From the NCBI RefSeq assembly GCF_009914755.1, contig NC_060931.1: a stretch of DNA of 64,000 nucleotides; one strand, 5' to 3'. The position numbers and the translations under genes are program-made. The DNA is from the human T2T-CHM13v2.0 reference genome, Homo sapiens. How positions within the stretch are numbered: the first letter of the stretch is position 1; each line of letters opens with the position of its first letter. Of the stretch, positions 31,992 to 45,849 are shown in pieces. The notes beneath the pieces are model-generated. The model saw only the letters and a list, made by a program, of their open reading frames with translations. It searched no databases and had not been told where the DNA came from.

Positions 31992-33008
31992 TTACATTTT
32001 GGCATGATTTTGCAGCAGCTGGTACTGGTTGTTCCTTTCCATGTTTAGCGCTTCCTTCAGGAGCTCTTTTAGGGCAGGTCTGGTGGTGACAAAATCTCTC
32101 AGCATTTGCTTTTCTGTAAAGTATTTTATTTCTCCTTTGCTTATGAAGTTTAGTTTGGCTGGATATGAAATTCTGGGTTGAAAATTTTTTTCTTTAAGAA
32201 TGTTGAATATTGGCCCCCACTCTCTTCTGGCTTGTAGGGTTTCTGCCGAGAGATCCGCTGTTAGTCTGATGGGCTTCCCTTTGAGGGTAACCCGACCTTT
32301 CTCTCTGGCTGCCCTTAACATTTTTTCCTTCATTTCAACTTTGGTGAATCTGACAATTATGTGTCTTGGAGTTGCTCTTCTCGAGGAGTATCTTTGTGGC
32401 GTTCTCTGTATTTCCTGAATCTGAACGTTGGCCTGCCTTGCTAGATTGGGGAAGTTCTCCTGGATAATATCCTGCAGAGTGTTTTCCAACTTGGTTCCAT
32501 TCTCCCCATCACTTTCAGGTACACCAATCAGACGTAGATTTGGTCTTTTCACATAGTCTCATATTTCTTGGAGGCTTTGCTCATTTCTTTTTATTCTTTT
32601 TTCTCTAAACTTCCCTTCTCACTTCATTTCATTCATTTCATCTTCCATTGCTGATACCCTTTCTTCCAGTTGATCACATCAGCTCCTAAGGCTTCTGTAT
32701 TCTTCACGTAGTTCTCGAGCCTTGGTTTTCAGCTCCATCAGCTCCGTTAAGCACTTCTCTGTATTGGTTATTCTAGTTATACATTCTTCTAAATTTTTTT
32801 CAAAGTTTTCAACTTCTTTGCCTTTGGTTTGAATGTCCTCCCGTAGCTCAGAGTAATTGGATCGTCTGAAGCCTTCTTCTCTCAGCTCGTCAAAGTCATT
32901 CTCCATCCAGCTTTTTTCCGTTGCTGGTGAGGAACTGCGTTCCTTTGGAGGAGGAGAGGCACTCTGCTTTTTAGAGTTTCCAGTTTTTCTGTTCTGTTTT
33001 TTCCCCAT
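31992..33008 (-). pseudogene. L1 ORF1p (338 codons), disrupted
   Basis: MGKKQNRKTG...NHAKM in a single frame, with nonsense codons at 32679-32681 (R>stop, CpG decay) and ~32560 (W>stop). Confidence 0.93.
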
Positions 33009-33917
33009 CTTTGTGGTTTTATCTACTTTTGGTCTTTGATGATGGTGATGTACAGATGGGTTTTTGGTGTGGATGTCCTTTCTGTTTATTAGTTTTCCTT
33101 CTAACAGACAGGACCCTCAGCTGCAGGTCTGTTGGAATACCCTGCCGTGTGAGGTGTCAGTGTGCCCCTGCTGGGGGGTGCCTCCCAGTTAGGCTGCTCG
33201 GGGGTCAGGGGTCAGGGACCCACTTGAGGAGGCCGTCTGCCCATTCTCAGATCTCCAGCTGCATGCTGAGAGAACCACTGCTCTCTTCAAAGCTGTCAGA
33301 CAGGGACATTTAAGTCTGCAGAGGTTACTGCTGTCTTTTTGTTTGTCTGTGCCCTGCCCCCAGAGGTGGAGCCTACAGAGGCAGGCAGGCCTCCTTGAGC
33401 TCTGGTGGGCTCCACCCAGTTCGAGCTTCCCGGCTGCTTTATTTACCTAAGCAAGCCTGGGCAATGGCGGGTGCCCCTCCCCCAGCCTCGCTGCCGCCTT
33501 GCAGGTTGATCTCAGACTGCTGTGCTAGCAATCAGCGGGACTCCGTGGGCGTAGGACCCTCCGAGCCAGGTGCGCGATATAATCTCGTGGTGTGCTGTTT
33601 TTTAAGCCCGTCGGAAAAGCACAGTATTCGGGTGGCAGTGACCCGATTTTCCAGGTGCCGTCTGTCACCCCTTTCTTTGACTGGGAAAGGGAACTCCCTG
33701 ACCCCTTGTGCTTCCCCAGTGAGGCAATGCCTCGCCCTGCTTCGGCTCGCGCACGGTGCACTGCACCCACTGACCTGCGCCCACTGTCTGGCACTCCCTA
33801 GTGAGATGAACCCGGTATCTCAGATAGAAGTGCAGAAATCACCCGTCTTCTGCGTGGCTCAGGCTGGGAGCTGTAGACCGGAGCTGTTCCTATTCGGCCA
33901 TCTTGGCTCCTCCCTCC
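33009..33917 (-). promoter_or_regulatory. L1 5'UTR: sense promoter (toward MDFIC) and antisense promoter (+ strand); intact YY1 site
   Basis: CpG-rich 5'UTR; YY1 motif caagatggcc (ggccatcttg at 33896-33905 on +). Confidence 0.8.
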
Positions 33918-33934
33918 CTGTTATCAGATCTTAA
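33464..33934 (+). CDS. L1 ORF0, C-terminally extended (156 aa)
   Basis: gcaATGg Kozak context; MAGAPPPASLPPC...FSRC is the ORF0 N-terminus; the frame stays open to TAA 33932-33934. Expression not shown. Confidence 0.5.
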   Translation: MAGAPPPASLPPCRLISDCCASNQRDSVGVGPSEPGARYNLVVCCFLSPSEKHSIRVAVTRFSRCRLSPLSLTGKGNSLTPCASPVRQCLALLRLAHGALHPLTCAHCLALPSEMNPVSQIEVQKSPVFCVAQAGSCRPELFLFGHLGSSLPVIRS

Positions 33935-33942
33935 ACACATAG

Positions 33943-34900
<958 letters not shown>

Positions 34901-37900
34901 CTGTCTGAATGTTAAATAAAAGTCAAGTTCGTAGAAGTTATGAAGTACATTCATGTTTCAGGTCACAAATGTTGTATTTTCCTTAAGCAATGCAATGGAT
35001 TTGAAAGTGATTCACAGGCAGTTTCACTAACATTAGGAACTTTCATCATAATTCCTATTAGGGTATACATGATGACTGTGGTAGTATATGTGGTGCTTAG
35101 GTGGATGAACTAGTTTGATAAATACCAGAGTAAAATCTTCCAGTATCCTAGTATGCCAATGTTGCATGTTAGCCAAACGGTGCAGTAAGCAGAAGTGAGA
35201 GAAACACAAGGAGCCAAGGAGAGATGGACAAGGCATATCCAGAGTGCCTGGTATGTAAGAGATGTTCAATTATATATTTGTTGGTTTTTAAGTGAATGAA
35301 TGGGTAAATATATATGCATATTACAGTATGAATAACCTAAATAATGTGAACAATTGGATATGTAGTCCTAAGATGTATATTGCATGACAATTGCAAGCAT
35401 AATAATTGAAAGAGAGAAAAAATTTCCACCAAACTATATGCACACACTGACTTGACCATTTTTAACTAGATCAACTGATTGCTAATTGATTTTTAACTTG
35501 CTTAATGAAGAAGTTCAGTTCCATCGTAAGTCTTAGGTACTGTATGATCCAAATCTCTTCGGTTGGCCTCCAGCAGCTCTGCAATTAGTGAGTAAATTTT
35601 CCAAAATTATATTTTTGCCAGCCTTTGTCTTTTTACACAACCTGATTCAAATTCTCAGTTGGGCATGTTCCAAATTTTGTGTTAGTCTGGGAGGGTGTTT
35701 ACTGGCCCCAAGAGATTGCCTAATTTGTCATAAATTATGTGCATCACACATTTTGTTTTCTTAGGCCGAATAAAATGATCCAAACATGCTTTAACAGTTT
35801 TATTTTCACAATAAATTACAAAAGGGTCATGGGATGAAAGTTTGTTTTTTTTTTAAATAATTATGCTAAAATGTAAATATTTAAATTTGCATTGGGAATA
35901 CAAGTGAAATTTCAAGGTCTTTAAAATATGGTGCTTACTAAGAAAAATAAGAGAGAAGAGGAGCCACCAGGGCAAAAGCAAGCCACATGGATTATTTCTG
36001 TCTCTAGTGGTAGAGGATGATACTTAAAGGAAATCACAAGGCAGCTTCCCAGGCAGATGTTCAATTTGCATCTGGCAACTAGATCATCAAATAGGAATAA
36101 AGAGATTTCATCTGTTCTTGCAAATATTTATTTTGAAATAATTGTTGAAAGCATGGGAGACAAGGCAATGGGAATCCAAACCATAATATAAAATCTTAAA
36201 TTTAACCAGAATCTTGAAAGGTTTTATATTCTGATTCCATGAGTGTTTTTGTGTTGAGTGAATGCCACAGACTAAAAGGAATAATGGCTGAGGCTTTCCA
36301 TTTGTAGTGAAGTCAAAAGGTCGCCATTCATTTGGATTACATTTTCTCTCAAGCAAATATTTTTAGGCTCTTAGTCCTAAAATATGATGAATTGTACTAA
36401 ATACATAGATAATGCAGATATTTAGGCAGAGGTTATCACAAAATCTATCTATTTTTAAAATATTTCAATACTCAGTGGTGGCATTTTAATTATTTCTTCT
36501 TCAAAGAAGAGCATCCATCTCTGACAAATAACCATTTCCATGGGGACCAAAGTTAATATTTAATAAGAGAAAACATTTCACTTTTATGCTCTCTTAAATT
36601 TCAACAAATATACAATTTTGAAAAGTATCAAAATGCCAGAATATCTTTGTGATAAAAAAGTTATATCCTTTCTATATTCATTTAAAAATTCCCATTATTT
36701 ATAAGTTGTCAGACTGTCCTCAAGAAGTTTTTTCTAAATGAAAAAAATATGGCACGATAACATATTGCATAATTACATTCCAGGTTTGCATTAATAAAGT
36801 ATTATACTTGTAAGTTTTACAAGTAGAAGTAACACTGTGGTTGTCATATATTACAGTACACAAAATTTGATTGTTATGGAGTAGACATCTGCCAGAAACA
36901 TTTCAGTTTAGCATGATGAATTTACCTTAGCCCTGTCAAGAATCACATTACAATGCCAAAGTATTGCTTTGAATATATGTTGAAAAACAGAAATAAATTT
37001 GTTGAGGTAGGGTTTCAAATCCCCTCAGAATCATGTCATTACTGGTATTGTGGCTAGGCACATGTGAGCTTGAGTTACTCTGTGGGGGATTTACCAATAG
37101 TGAATGTCACTCATTTAATCAGGACAGCTAAAGAAAAGATATTGTTCACTGTGGTTGATGAAAGGAGTTTATCAGCATCACAGCAAGGATTCTAGCATAC
37201 TCAATTTACATAAAAGTATAAGGATATTTAAAACATAATCCCTTTCCAAGCCACTTAAACATATTTGCATGGGAAGTTGCTTACCTGTAGCCCATTTTTC
37301 TGCTAATGGTATACTCCTCTGAAATAATTAGCCTAATAACTAATAAAGGCTATATTTACCTCAAAATACTGAATTATAGCCTTTTTTGTTGTTGTTCAAA
37401 TAGTGGAAGGTACACTTTGCTTGTGTGTGAAGTACAAGGTTATTACAAGGGAGACAGCAGGAGAGGCAAACAACAGGCAGATTGTTCCAAACTCACGCAG
37501 GAACTAGTAACACATTGAATTCCAGTGTCTCTGGGAGCCTTGCTAGATCACTGTCTCCTCTACAGTGCACTGTGGCAATGCCAGATGAAATTTTACTCTA
37601 ATTTCTTGAAACACCTGTGAATTCTATCAAGAATTTGCTGCACACTTTGGAAAGATTTTACGGTGTAGACATGACCACATGATAGGCTTCTTATATCCAT
37701 AGCAACTTTTAAAGTCTAAGATGCAGAATAAAGACTACTGCCTTAATAATACCAAAGGGCTACATCCACATAGGCAAGATTGTGAGCAAGCTTCACAGTT
37801 TAACTACCATAAAATTTAGCTGCCGCTTTCATTTGAGAAATGTGGCAGATAAAAGCAGTTTCAATATTGCACCATTGCATTAATGTAGATGTCTCACAGA

Positions 37901-38330
37901 TATATTAAATTTTTTCCTCTCAACACCATGCTCTAAGAAAGTAGTAAAAGTATTATGTTTGCATGATACTGATTTGACATGTAGTCTGAGAAATATATGA
38001 AATGTATTTTTAAAGGACTTGGCTTATGAAAAGTCATATCTGAGGGAGTGTGGAATCAATTCTCAGGGATAGTTTATGGTCCAGGAAATCTTACAAGGTA
38101 ATGGGAGAAACTGGTGTATATATGTACGTAAAAAACTCCAGCAAAAGAAAAACTAATATCCTACATTGAACCTCATCAAAGGAGAATAATAAAAATCCTA
38201 CAATCACTTTTTATGTTTATATATGCAACATGTCAACAACATTCCCTTAGTTTAAAAATTATGTTGATGTCATTTTCCAGTTTGCATTTTGTATCTTCTG
38301 GTTGCTTCCAACTCAGCTAGAAGTACAGAT

Positions 38331-38391
38331 TTTTATTATATGCTGGTGAGCTAAGTATATTATTTTATTATATGCTGGTGAGCTAAGTATA
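38331..38391 (+). repeat. Perfect 29-bp direct duplication (period 32)
   Basis: ttttattatatgctggtgagctaagtata at 38331-38359 and 38363-38391. Confidence 0.95.
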
Positions 38392-38471
38392 AAGAGATTC
38401 CACAAAATAATAAACTGTTAATGGTGTACTGATACAAAGACATACACACACACGTAATTAGGATATAGGAG

Positions 38472-38572
38472 ATCTATCTATCTATCTATCTATCTACCTA
38501 TCTATCTGTCTATCATCTATCTATCTATCTATCTATCTAGCTATCTATCTATCTATCATCTATCTATCTATC
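38472..38572 (+). repeat. Complex (TATC)n / GATA tetranucleotide STR
   Basis: About 100 bp of interrupted tcta units. Confidence 0.95.
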
Positions 38573-39769
38573 TCATCTCCTTGTTTGATGTAACCACCTA
38601 TATCCTGGAAGAACATTCTGAAGAAGTTCGCTGACACTCCTGTAGCAAAATCTGAATATAATATAGTCATGAGGAATATAGTTGTCTCCTCCCAAGAGGG
38701 GAAACCCATGGAGAAATAGCTCAGATTAACAGAAAACATGGACAGGTAGAGAACAGATAAATACAATTATAATATACTAAGAAAACATTAACAGAAACCA
38801 TTGACAGTGTTTAAGCCAAAGGATTTGTAGAACATCGAATTGTGACACAATAGACTATCACATCACTGCAGAACAACAGAAAAGGATCAGTGCACTGTTG
38901 GGAAAATATTATTTTTATTAGAACTCTGGAAAATCCTTTTTCATATGAATTCAGAATGTAGGGACATCATAATAAATTTGGCATCTTTCCAACATATCTT
39001 CTATATTGAAATCAAAAAAAGATTTCAAATCTTATCTATTTGTGTAGTACAGTCTGGGGAGGGGAATTAACACTATACATCAAAACGATTTCTTCTAAAG
39101 TTACTTATATGATAAAGCATGTTGAGTTTTTTATTTGTGAAAGTTTCAGAGACTTTTTGCAGCCTAATACCACTATTCCTGGGGTTCCACCTCTGGCTTT
39201 TAAATAAGGCAAAATATGAGAAACTCAGAAACGGATGCTCAACATTCTTTCTGACACACAAGCCTGGAGCACCAAGTTTCCTAAGAGAGAAATTGCAATT
39301 TATAAAACCTTTCAAAATAGGAAATAACATTCCAATAACTTAATATTATTGCACACATAATGCCTTTGTGTGCACAATAATTTTTAAAGAATAATTTGAA
39401 ATATTAAGCTAAATTAACCCTAAGAATATAGCAGTTTGTATAAATAGCAGCAATACTTTGGAAATTTAGCATTAATCACCAGCAGGACAAGTTTTGTTTT
39501 TAAATTACGGCTACATCTCTGGACCTGAGCATCTGTCTGTGCCATGTGTATTACTCTTCTCTTTGCATTCTGGGTGTGGACATTTTTCTTACGACTTCTG
39601 ACTTTCCTTTTATATTTGAGCTCCGTTTTCATTCACCACTCTTTACTTCTCCCAAATTGTCTGTTTATAAATAAGTTCTCCCCAGTTGATCATTCTTTCC
39701 CTGTGCCTTTCTTCAATATCTACTTCCCTCTTGACATTCTCTGTACCTTTCAATTGAGTTTGGCACATA

Positions 39770-40700
39770 GTTTTTAAGCAGCCACTTTTTTCTAGGCACT
39801 GGGAAGACAAGATAAGTCAACATTGCAGCATTTATGGAGCACACAGTAGACTCAGGGAAATAACAAAGTGAACAAATGTTAAAATACATTGTGAGAAGAC
39901 AGAGAAATGTGAAAATCATACGGGATTGCAGAAGACCAAAGCTTGAGAGGAGCAAGAATTATGATGGAAATGTTATTTGAGTTAGTTCTTGAAAAATGAT
40001 TTCAGGCAGACACGAGAGAGGATTGTTCAGGCAGAAGGAATAGCATCTACTACAAATACATGAAGTGGTGAAGAGCACAAACTTGTTTTAAGACCAGGGG
40101 ATGTTCAATGTGGCTGAAAAACAACTTCTACAATAAGGACAAAGTGGAAGATGAAACTGAAAATAAACTGTGGCTACATTGAGAAGGTTTTTAAAATTTT
40201 TATACCATGCCAAGTAACTCATATTTTGTTCTCTCTGGAATAATTTAAAGCCAGAAGTGCAGTTTCAGATTTGTGTTTTAGAGAGATCATTAGGCAAATA
40301 GAGTGGAAGATACTGGAAATGAGGGAGAGGCAAGGGAGAAAGTGAGACCAGATTATGAGGCTGTTAGTATAGAGAGGTAAGTGATTGTCTCGAACTCAAG
40401 GCTAAGGCTAGGGCAGTGGGGAAAGGAGGAGGGTGGGTGAAATGAGACATATGGGAGATAACTGATGGTCAAAGAGAATGAGAAAGAGTCAAGGACAACA
40501 CCAAAGTTTTTTTTTTTTTTTTTTTTTTTTAATCTTGAAGAACTTCCTTATAATGATGTCACTAACCAAGATAAGGGACATTAGATGAATGGAATGTGCT
40601 AAGAATGAAGGCCCCATACAACATGAAAGTTAAATTATTCATGCAGTTTGACATGCTGGATGGTACCTTAAAAGAGAGGTCAGTAGTAGAAAAGTGAATT
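39770..40700 (-). mobile_element. L2 fragments
   Basis: ctaggcactgggaagac...atggagcacacagtagact...gaggattgttcaggcagaaggaatagcat. Confidence 0.55.
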
Positions 40701-40704
40701 TGAG

Positions 40705-41210
40705 AATTGTTTTAGCTTGGATGGGGTTGGCCTGAAAGAGGAGTCTGAAGCAAGAATTCACATTTAGTTTATTTGGGAAGTGATCTCGAGAGCAGGAATG
40801 AGGGAGCAGGAAGAGGGAGACAGATAAGGAGGAAAAGCCAGGTTGAGTGTCATTGAGGTTGTCACTGTGGGTAGTGGGGCTCCACCACTGAGAAGACACA
40901 CAATATTTCCCAGAAATGTGCACCTAAAGGATAGGAAGTAGGGACATTAATCCGGAAACTCCTACTCCATTGCCTGACATTGCTCCCAGTGGTAAGATCC
41001 CACATTGCTAAGCTGCACTTACTCTGGCCAAACTGGATTCCACGGTGGTCTGAGCTAGAACTCTTGATGCAGAACATTAGTAAGGGGTTACTTGATGCTA
41101 GATTTTATCGGCAAGCCCTCAGGGGACTATCAATGCTATCCACAGCTGAAACAGAGGTAGCACTCTTAGAGCGCTAAGAGGTGTGTCAGGGCATTAGATG
41201 CATTTGCTAT
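40705..41210 (-). mobile_element. Old MaLR LTR (MLT1-family)
   Basis: gagtctgaagcaagaattcac...tagtttatttgggaagtgatc...gagggagacagataaggaggaaaagcc. Confidence 0.55.
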
Positions 41211-41509
41211 AAAAGGCAACCACAAACAGGTGCTTGTTGAAGCTACTAGACTTGATGAGATCACTAGAGTAAACACATAGACCGGCACCTCTTTTCATGG
41301 CCAGATTTCACTGTAAAGTCATAGAAAGTATGAAATGGGTTTGTATTTATTTCTATATGCACTTTTCTGGGAAATAAGTCCATCATTTTCTTCAAGCTTT
41401 CAAAGTGGCTGTTGATCCAGAATGGCTTAAGAATATAAATTTGGAGCAGGCATAGAAGTGTAAGAAAAGAAATTTTGGGAAAACATTTAAGAGTCAGAGA
41501 CAAAATGAG

Positions 41510-41735
41510 GAAAGAAGTAAGTGCCCAGGCTTTGGAATCATAAAGGATTGGGTTTGATCTGGGCTCTATAATGCACTGTCTGTGTGAATTTGGGCACATG
41601 ACTGCATTCTCTGAGCCTCATTATGCTCCTCTGAAAGAGGGATAAAATGGAAATAATAACACATATTATGGGGGTGTTGTGAGCATAAAATAGGAAATAC
41701 GTGCTAAATACCAAGGATAAAGTAAATGCTCATTA
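41510..41735 (+). mobile_element. MIR (AluY inserted at its 3' end)
   Basis: ggctttggaatc...gggtttgatctgggctct...ctctgagcctca...agtaaatgctca. Confidence 0.7.
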
Positions 41736-42154
<419 letters not shown>

Positions 42155-43024
42155 TTAGGCAAATATATAGAATGTACTGAAAAGGGCTTATTGTATTTTT
42201 GATGACTTTGTCAAGAATAATCAAAATGTATGGGTTGTGTAGTGGTGGTCAGGGAAGTAGTGTGTTGGTGGATGTAGTATTGAATTATCAAAGCAGTCTC
42301 ACACAAATCCGACATCACACCCAGTATTAAGCTTGACAAATAATTTTAAAGTTATCCTCAATCTAGAAGCACAGATAAAGCAGAAAGTTCTGAGACTCCT
42401 GTGTGGCTCCTTGGGTCCTTCTTTTTAGATTGCGCATATTGTCTTTGACCCAGAGTCATATGAGGCTTCCAAGTAAGGTCGTGCAGGGTCACTTGATACA
42501 GTCAGAAGCATTTAAATGATATGACATTTCCATTTTTTTTTAACCCAAGAAAGTTCTACAATTTATGGGACATTCTCCTAGAAGTCATGCCTCATAAATC
42601 CATAGATTTATTTGGATGTATTTATTATATATGGATACATTTATTATAAATAATCCCTTCCTCAGGGCCTGCTAAGAGAGTTCTGTGAATAAGGTCTCTT
42701 ATTCCTAGCTAATATTATTAGTCTATTTGCATGGAAGTCCAGCTGACAAGGAGATTAGATCAAACTACTTCTCCTTACTTTCTTGAAACCAGAGGTCCTC
42801 TCCATTGGCAAAGAGACTGAACGTATCCTGAGCCAACTGCTTGAACTCTGTTCTCCTCAATATCCGATTCATTGCCCCACTCATCTCCAACCCAAATGCC
42901 CATTCACGTTTCTCTTCTGGTAGATAAGTAATCATCTGTAATTATTCGGTGCACATTCTTCCGGAAATTTCTTTTAATATTTACATACTTATTTGTGTGC
43001 GTTGAGTTCAAGAATGGGTTTATA

Positions 43025-43122
43025 GTGTGTGTATATTCATATGTGCTCGTGCGTATATATGTACATATGATTATATATATATATATATAAAACATGTGTA
43101 TGTATTCATATATGCATATGTA
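43025..43122 (+). repeat. (TA)/(TG) low-complexity tract
   Basis: Read directly from the sequence. Confidence 0.8.
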
Positions 43123-43214
43123 GTTTTGAGATTTTTTTCCCCTAGCAATATGTCTTGGAGATCTTTCCACATCGTTTCATAGAGACTTATCTCAATCTTT
43201 TAACAATGCCTACA

Positions 43215-43640
43215 ACTGTGAAGAGTCTGAGAGCTTACTATATCTGCAAGTTAAAAGTCAGCCTGCCACAGTTTCATAGATGCGGTCAGAAGACACAAGG
43301 TTCCTGGGCTAAAGACAAAGAACATAATTACTAACAGAAGTAGCAATATCCAGAATAACATCATTTGCACCAGGTCTATGAGCTCCAATTCCCACAGGAT
43401 AAAACAAAGAGGGATAGGCAATGCCTGTACATGCAAGAGACTGGGTTACCCAAGCTTAGAGAACTCACATATTTTCTAATCTGCAGCAAGCAAATGTGTT
43501 CTACTTTTGTCCTGGAGGAATATGTTATATTTATTACACTGAAGAATAAGCAAACATGACAAGGGCTTCAGAAAGAGATGCTATCTCTATCTCCCAAGGA
43601 TGTTCATTTTACAAACATTCTTGTTATTCATGCAGAAATG
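43215..43640 (-). mobile_element. ERVL-class LTR (MER74/MER54/LTR53 group)
   Basis: actgtgaagagtctgaga...gcaag...agcctgccacagtttcatagatg...cagaagacacaag resembles the reverse strand of this group's 3' end. Confidence 0.5.
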
Positions 43641-45289
43641 TGAGACACCCAGTATCTGAGTTGGATTTTGGGTTTGCTTCAAGTCTGAATGCCCTTCTTC
43701 CTGCCTCTCAAAACATACGTTATCCTATGAACTATGATCCCAAGTAATTTAAAGCACCTATTTTCATACTCTTTTCAAAGAACAGTGGGAGCGGAAGGCA
43801 GGGAACAGGAAACAACTTCCCAGATACTTGTGTCAAGAACTAAGCTTGATGTAGGTTCCCCAGATTGTGTGGGGTCTTCATTACATCACAGTAAAAGAAC
43901 TTTCTGCTATCTTGACCTGTGTGTGGGTCCAGACCTCAGTGGGGCCACAGACTCAGCTTCGTTTATCACTTCATGTACCTGTTTCAGTCTATTCTACAGA
44001 TCCACCATCTAGCTTGTTTTGAGATAAAATCTCTCTCTCTCTTCCTATATATAGAATCTATCCATCTATATATATAGATATAGCTATTATATATCTATAC
44101 AGATATTTGGAGAGTAATTTCACAGTTTTGTTGAAACTATTGATTTTATTTCCAATCTCAGAACTTTCTTTCTGCGCTAATAATTTGATGACTTTAAAAC
44201 ACTTATGTATTTGCCATATATTAAATATTACTGTCAGGTCTACCAAGTTATAATTACCCAGAATCCAGACACAGATCTACTGGGAGGCAGCGACAGAAGA
44301 GGATATCAGCACAGGAGTAATGAGGAATTAATATGCTCAGTTTTAAAATATATAAGGTTTGTCAATATTAAAAATTGGACACTACTTTTTGGGCCAATGA
44401 TAACCATCTTTGTATCTCAAATCTAAGAAATGCAAAAGTAAGAAATAACATTTGAATATAGCTCAGAATTCAATGAAACTTTTTTATCATTTAGAATTCT
44501 ATAAATGTAGAAAGAAAACCATTTGTCTTTTAAGAAATACGGTAACTCAAAATACAACAGTGTAGCGTTTAATTTTCTGCTGTTATTTATAAATGGTGTG
44601 AAACATAATTTTTAAAAAGGTTTCAAAGTTTGAATAAATTGCTAGGCACAATTAGCGAAGGACAATGCAATCAGACCTTGAAGGACTTTCTTTTCTAATA
44701 TTGTGTACTTTTTACTTAGATTGTCACTTATCTAGTAATATGAATTAAAATAAGGTGTGTGTGTATATATATATATATAACAGCATACCTACATATTCAG
44801 TGGGGAAAAATTAGGTAAATATCAAAAACACATCCTTCAACTAAATCTTTATCTTAGAAAAAAGACCTAAATCATTTCCCAGTTCATTTTTGTGTTACAC
44901 ACAGAGTGAAAAATAATACCCTTCAGAAGATAAGATTTATTAGAGGTTTTTCTACCTGAAATTTTTTAGAGAAGTTACCAGATTTATAAGATTTTAGAAG
45001 ATATAATATTTATGTTGCTATTTTGTACTAGTAATATTTAAATTAATAATGGTGGCCATTAAAATGTTGCCTCATTCGGATATTCAGTCTATATTTCCCC
45101 CTGAATCTCCCTAGAGCCTTATAGTATGCAGAAATTTAAAATCAAACTTTCAGATGTCTTAGACCAGTAACAATTCCAGAAACAGTTTTAAGAATAAACA
45201 GGATTTTCAATTATTTTGTTTTGCTACGAAAATACAATGTTTTAAAAAAACTGCTAATTTTAGTTCATATCATCAAAATACTTTTTAAA

Positions 45290-45790
45290 CACACATAAAA
45301 TTAGTCAGAGATATAATGTTGGAATAAGACATCATGTTGAAGTAAACGCCCTGCCTTCAAAAGATTGCACTTCAGGAAGAAGAGACAATAAACAATATAT
45401 GTTAGCTGGTGATGTTATATCAGATTGAGAAAAATAAAGCAGAGTAAATGGAATAAGGAATGACAAAGGTGGTTATTATATTATATAGAATAGATGAAGG
45501 AGAGCTCTCCAATAAGGTGAAATTTGTACAGAGGCCTCCATTATCTGGGAGAAGAATGTCCCTGGCAGTGGGAAAAGCAAGAGCAAAGTCCCTGACGCAG
45601 ACACGTGCTTGAGATGTTAGAGGAACTGCCCAGTGTCCTGCATGGCTGGAGCAAGGTGAGCTAGGGAAAGACCACCTAAAAAAAATACTAGAAAGTGGGT
45701 GGGTGGCCAAATTATACAGGGATTTTAAGCACTTTGGCTCTAACTTTGTACAAAATAGTTAGCAAATGAATTTTGAGCAGAGGAGTAATT
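45290..45790 (-). mobile_element. L2 fragment
   Basis: ccctgccttc...gagacaataaaca...aggtgaaatttgtacagag...gaattttgagcagaggagt. Confidence 0.6.
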
Positions 45791-45849
45791 TTGAGCTCTG
45801 TATGTGGGTCCTTGATCTGCCTTAAGATTTTTATCCCTCAAAAACTTAT

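Noticed and set aside
35661-35670. p53 element gggcatgttc
   Set aside because: Only one half-site.
37279-37290. Perfect minus-strand donor CAG|gtaagc, and isolated + strand acceptors (~48940, 49736, 51948)
   Set aside because: Could not be paired into supported exons from sequence alone.
38331-38391. CRISPR-like repeat
   Set aside because: Only two copies with a 3-nt spacer, in primate DNA; a simple duplication.
43831-43841. tgtcaagaact resembling the missing LTR terminus (possible rearrangement)
   Set aside because: An 11-bp match against a recalled consensus; could be chance.
44045-44100. AT-rich palindrome atctatatatatagat as a cruciform element
   Set aside because: Expected by-product of (TA)n low complexity.
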